Source of the DNA: an uncultured archaeon
GTDB lineage: Archaea; Thermoplasmatota; Penumbrarchaeia; JASLWR01
Length of the DNA: 64,000 bases
Assembly (NCBI GenBank): GCA_964342815.1
Contig: CAYFHS010000003.1
Location: 32,001 to 96,000 of the forward strand
Direction: 5' to 3'
Under the pieces are notes generated by a model that saw only the letters and a program-made list of their open reading frames with translations, had not been told where the DNA came from and searched no databases. Below, one piece after another: positions 63,398 through 64,000 of this stretch. The translations under genes and the position numbers were made by a program. Within the stretch, counting starts at the first letter, position 1. Each line of letters opens with the position of its first letter.

Positions 63398-64000
63398 ATG
63401 GGCCAGCGAGTCTTTTTAATCTACGGGGCGGGAGCCATGGGAAGTCTCATAGGGGGATTGCTGTCCAAATTCTATACCACATATCTCGTTGCCCGAAAAC
63501 GACATGTCGAAATGATCTCGCAAAAGGGATTGTTGATAGAAGGATTGACCACGGGAACGTTTCAGCCCAAAGCCGTAACCGACCTTAACGCTCTGGGAGA
63601 ACTTCTCGCCGAGGACGAGCAGAAGATCACCCATTGTCTCGTTTTTACAAAATCATATGATACCAGAGAAGCCCTTGTAGAGATATCGCAGCGGAGTGAC
63701 ATAATCGGAAAGGATGTGGTTCTGATATCACTTCAGAACGGTATGGACAACGAGAAGATATTTCAAGAGATAATGCCATCCAATCCCATCATAGGCGGTT
63801 ACACCTGTCACGGCGTCATCCACGACCTCCCCGGTCATATCGTTCACTCTGGGGAAGGTTTCACGGTGATTGGCTCATTTGCGAATATTTCCGACGATCA
63901 GGTGGCTGAGTTCGGCAATTGCCTGGAAACCATAGGGATCACACCCACCAATAAGGAAGACATACGTAATTGGATATTTAAAAAAGTGATAACGAATGCC
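63398..64000 (+). CDS. panE: 2-dehydropantoate 2-reductase (ketopantoate reductase), truncated by the window end
   Basis: Manual translation, absent from the ORF track: MGQRVFLIYGAGAMGSLIGG...VFTKSYDT...SLQNGMDNE. Confidence 0.88.
   Translation, partial: MGQRVFLIYGAGAMGSLIGGLLSKFYTTYLVARKRHVEMISQKGLLIEGLTTGTFQPKAVTDLNALGELLAEDEQKITHCLVFTKSYDTREALVEISQRSDIIGKDVVLISLQNGMDNEKIFQEIMPSNPIIGGYTCHGVIHDLPGHIVHSGEGFTVIGSFANISDDQVAEFGNCLETIGITPTNKEDIRNWIFKKVITNA

Overview
Archaeal chromosomal window. Evidence: an alpha2-type tRNA splicing endonuclease, archaeal-type PyrH, CoaD, ValRS and MetRS, BRE/TATA-like promoters, and tRNA genes without encoded CCA. The overall gene style suggests Thermoplasmatota (inference). 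Housekeeping content: beta-carbonic anhydrase, endA, trkA-trkH, pyrH, coaD, valS, metG, pepD, an EndoIII-like glycosylase, a PHP protein, partial panE, tRNA-Arg(CCT) and tRNA-Val(CAC). Unusual content: (1) A 7277-aa cytoplasmic all-helical protein built from a ~66-aa unit, with a marker module recurring 14 times at spacings close to integer multiples of ~66 aa. (2) Three >1400-aa single-pass surface proteins with different beta-propeller heads: a 7-blade Gly/Trp propeller, a 7x FG-GAP head plus 4x FN3, and an apparent olfactomedin-like domain. (3) An identically spaced C-terminal zinc ribbon (CxxC-x11-P-x4-CxxC-x7-9-stop) on the giant protein and on the cytoplasmic tails of two surface proteins. 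(4) A bacterial-type HtpG/Hsp90 beside a toxin-antitoxin/HNH islet. (5) A tandem hairpin array overlapping the 5' end of tRNA-Arg, with a related hairpin cluster upstream of tRNA-Val. (6) A membrane-anchored HGN-type pseudokinase next to a wHTH-STAND-TPR protein. No CRISPR array, integrase, transposase or rRNA was seen. All family assignments come from motif recognition by eye, with no database searches.
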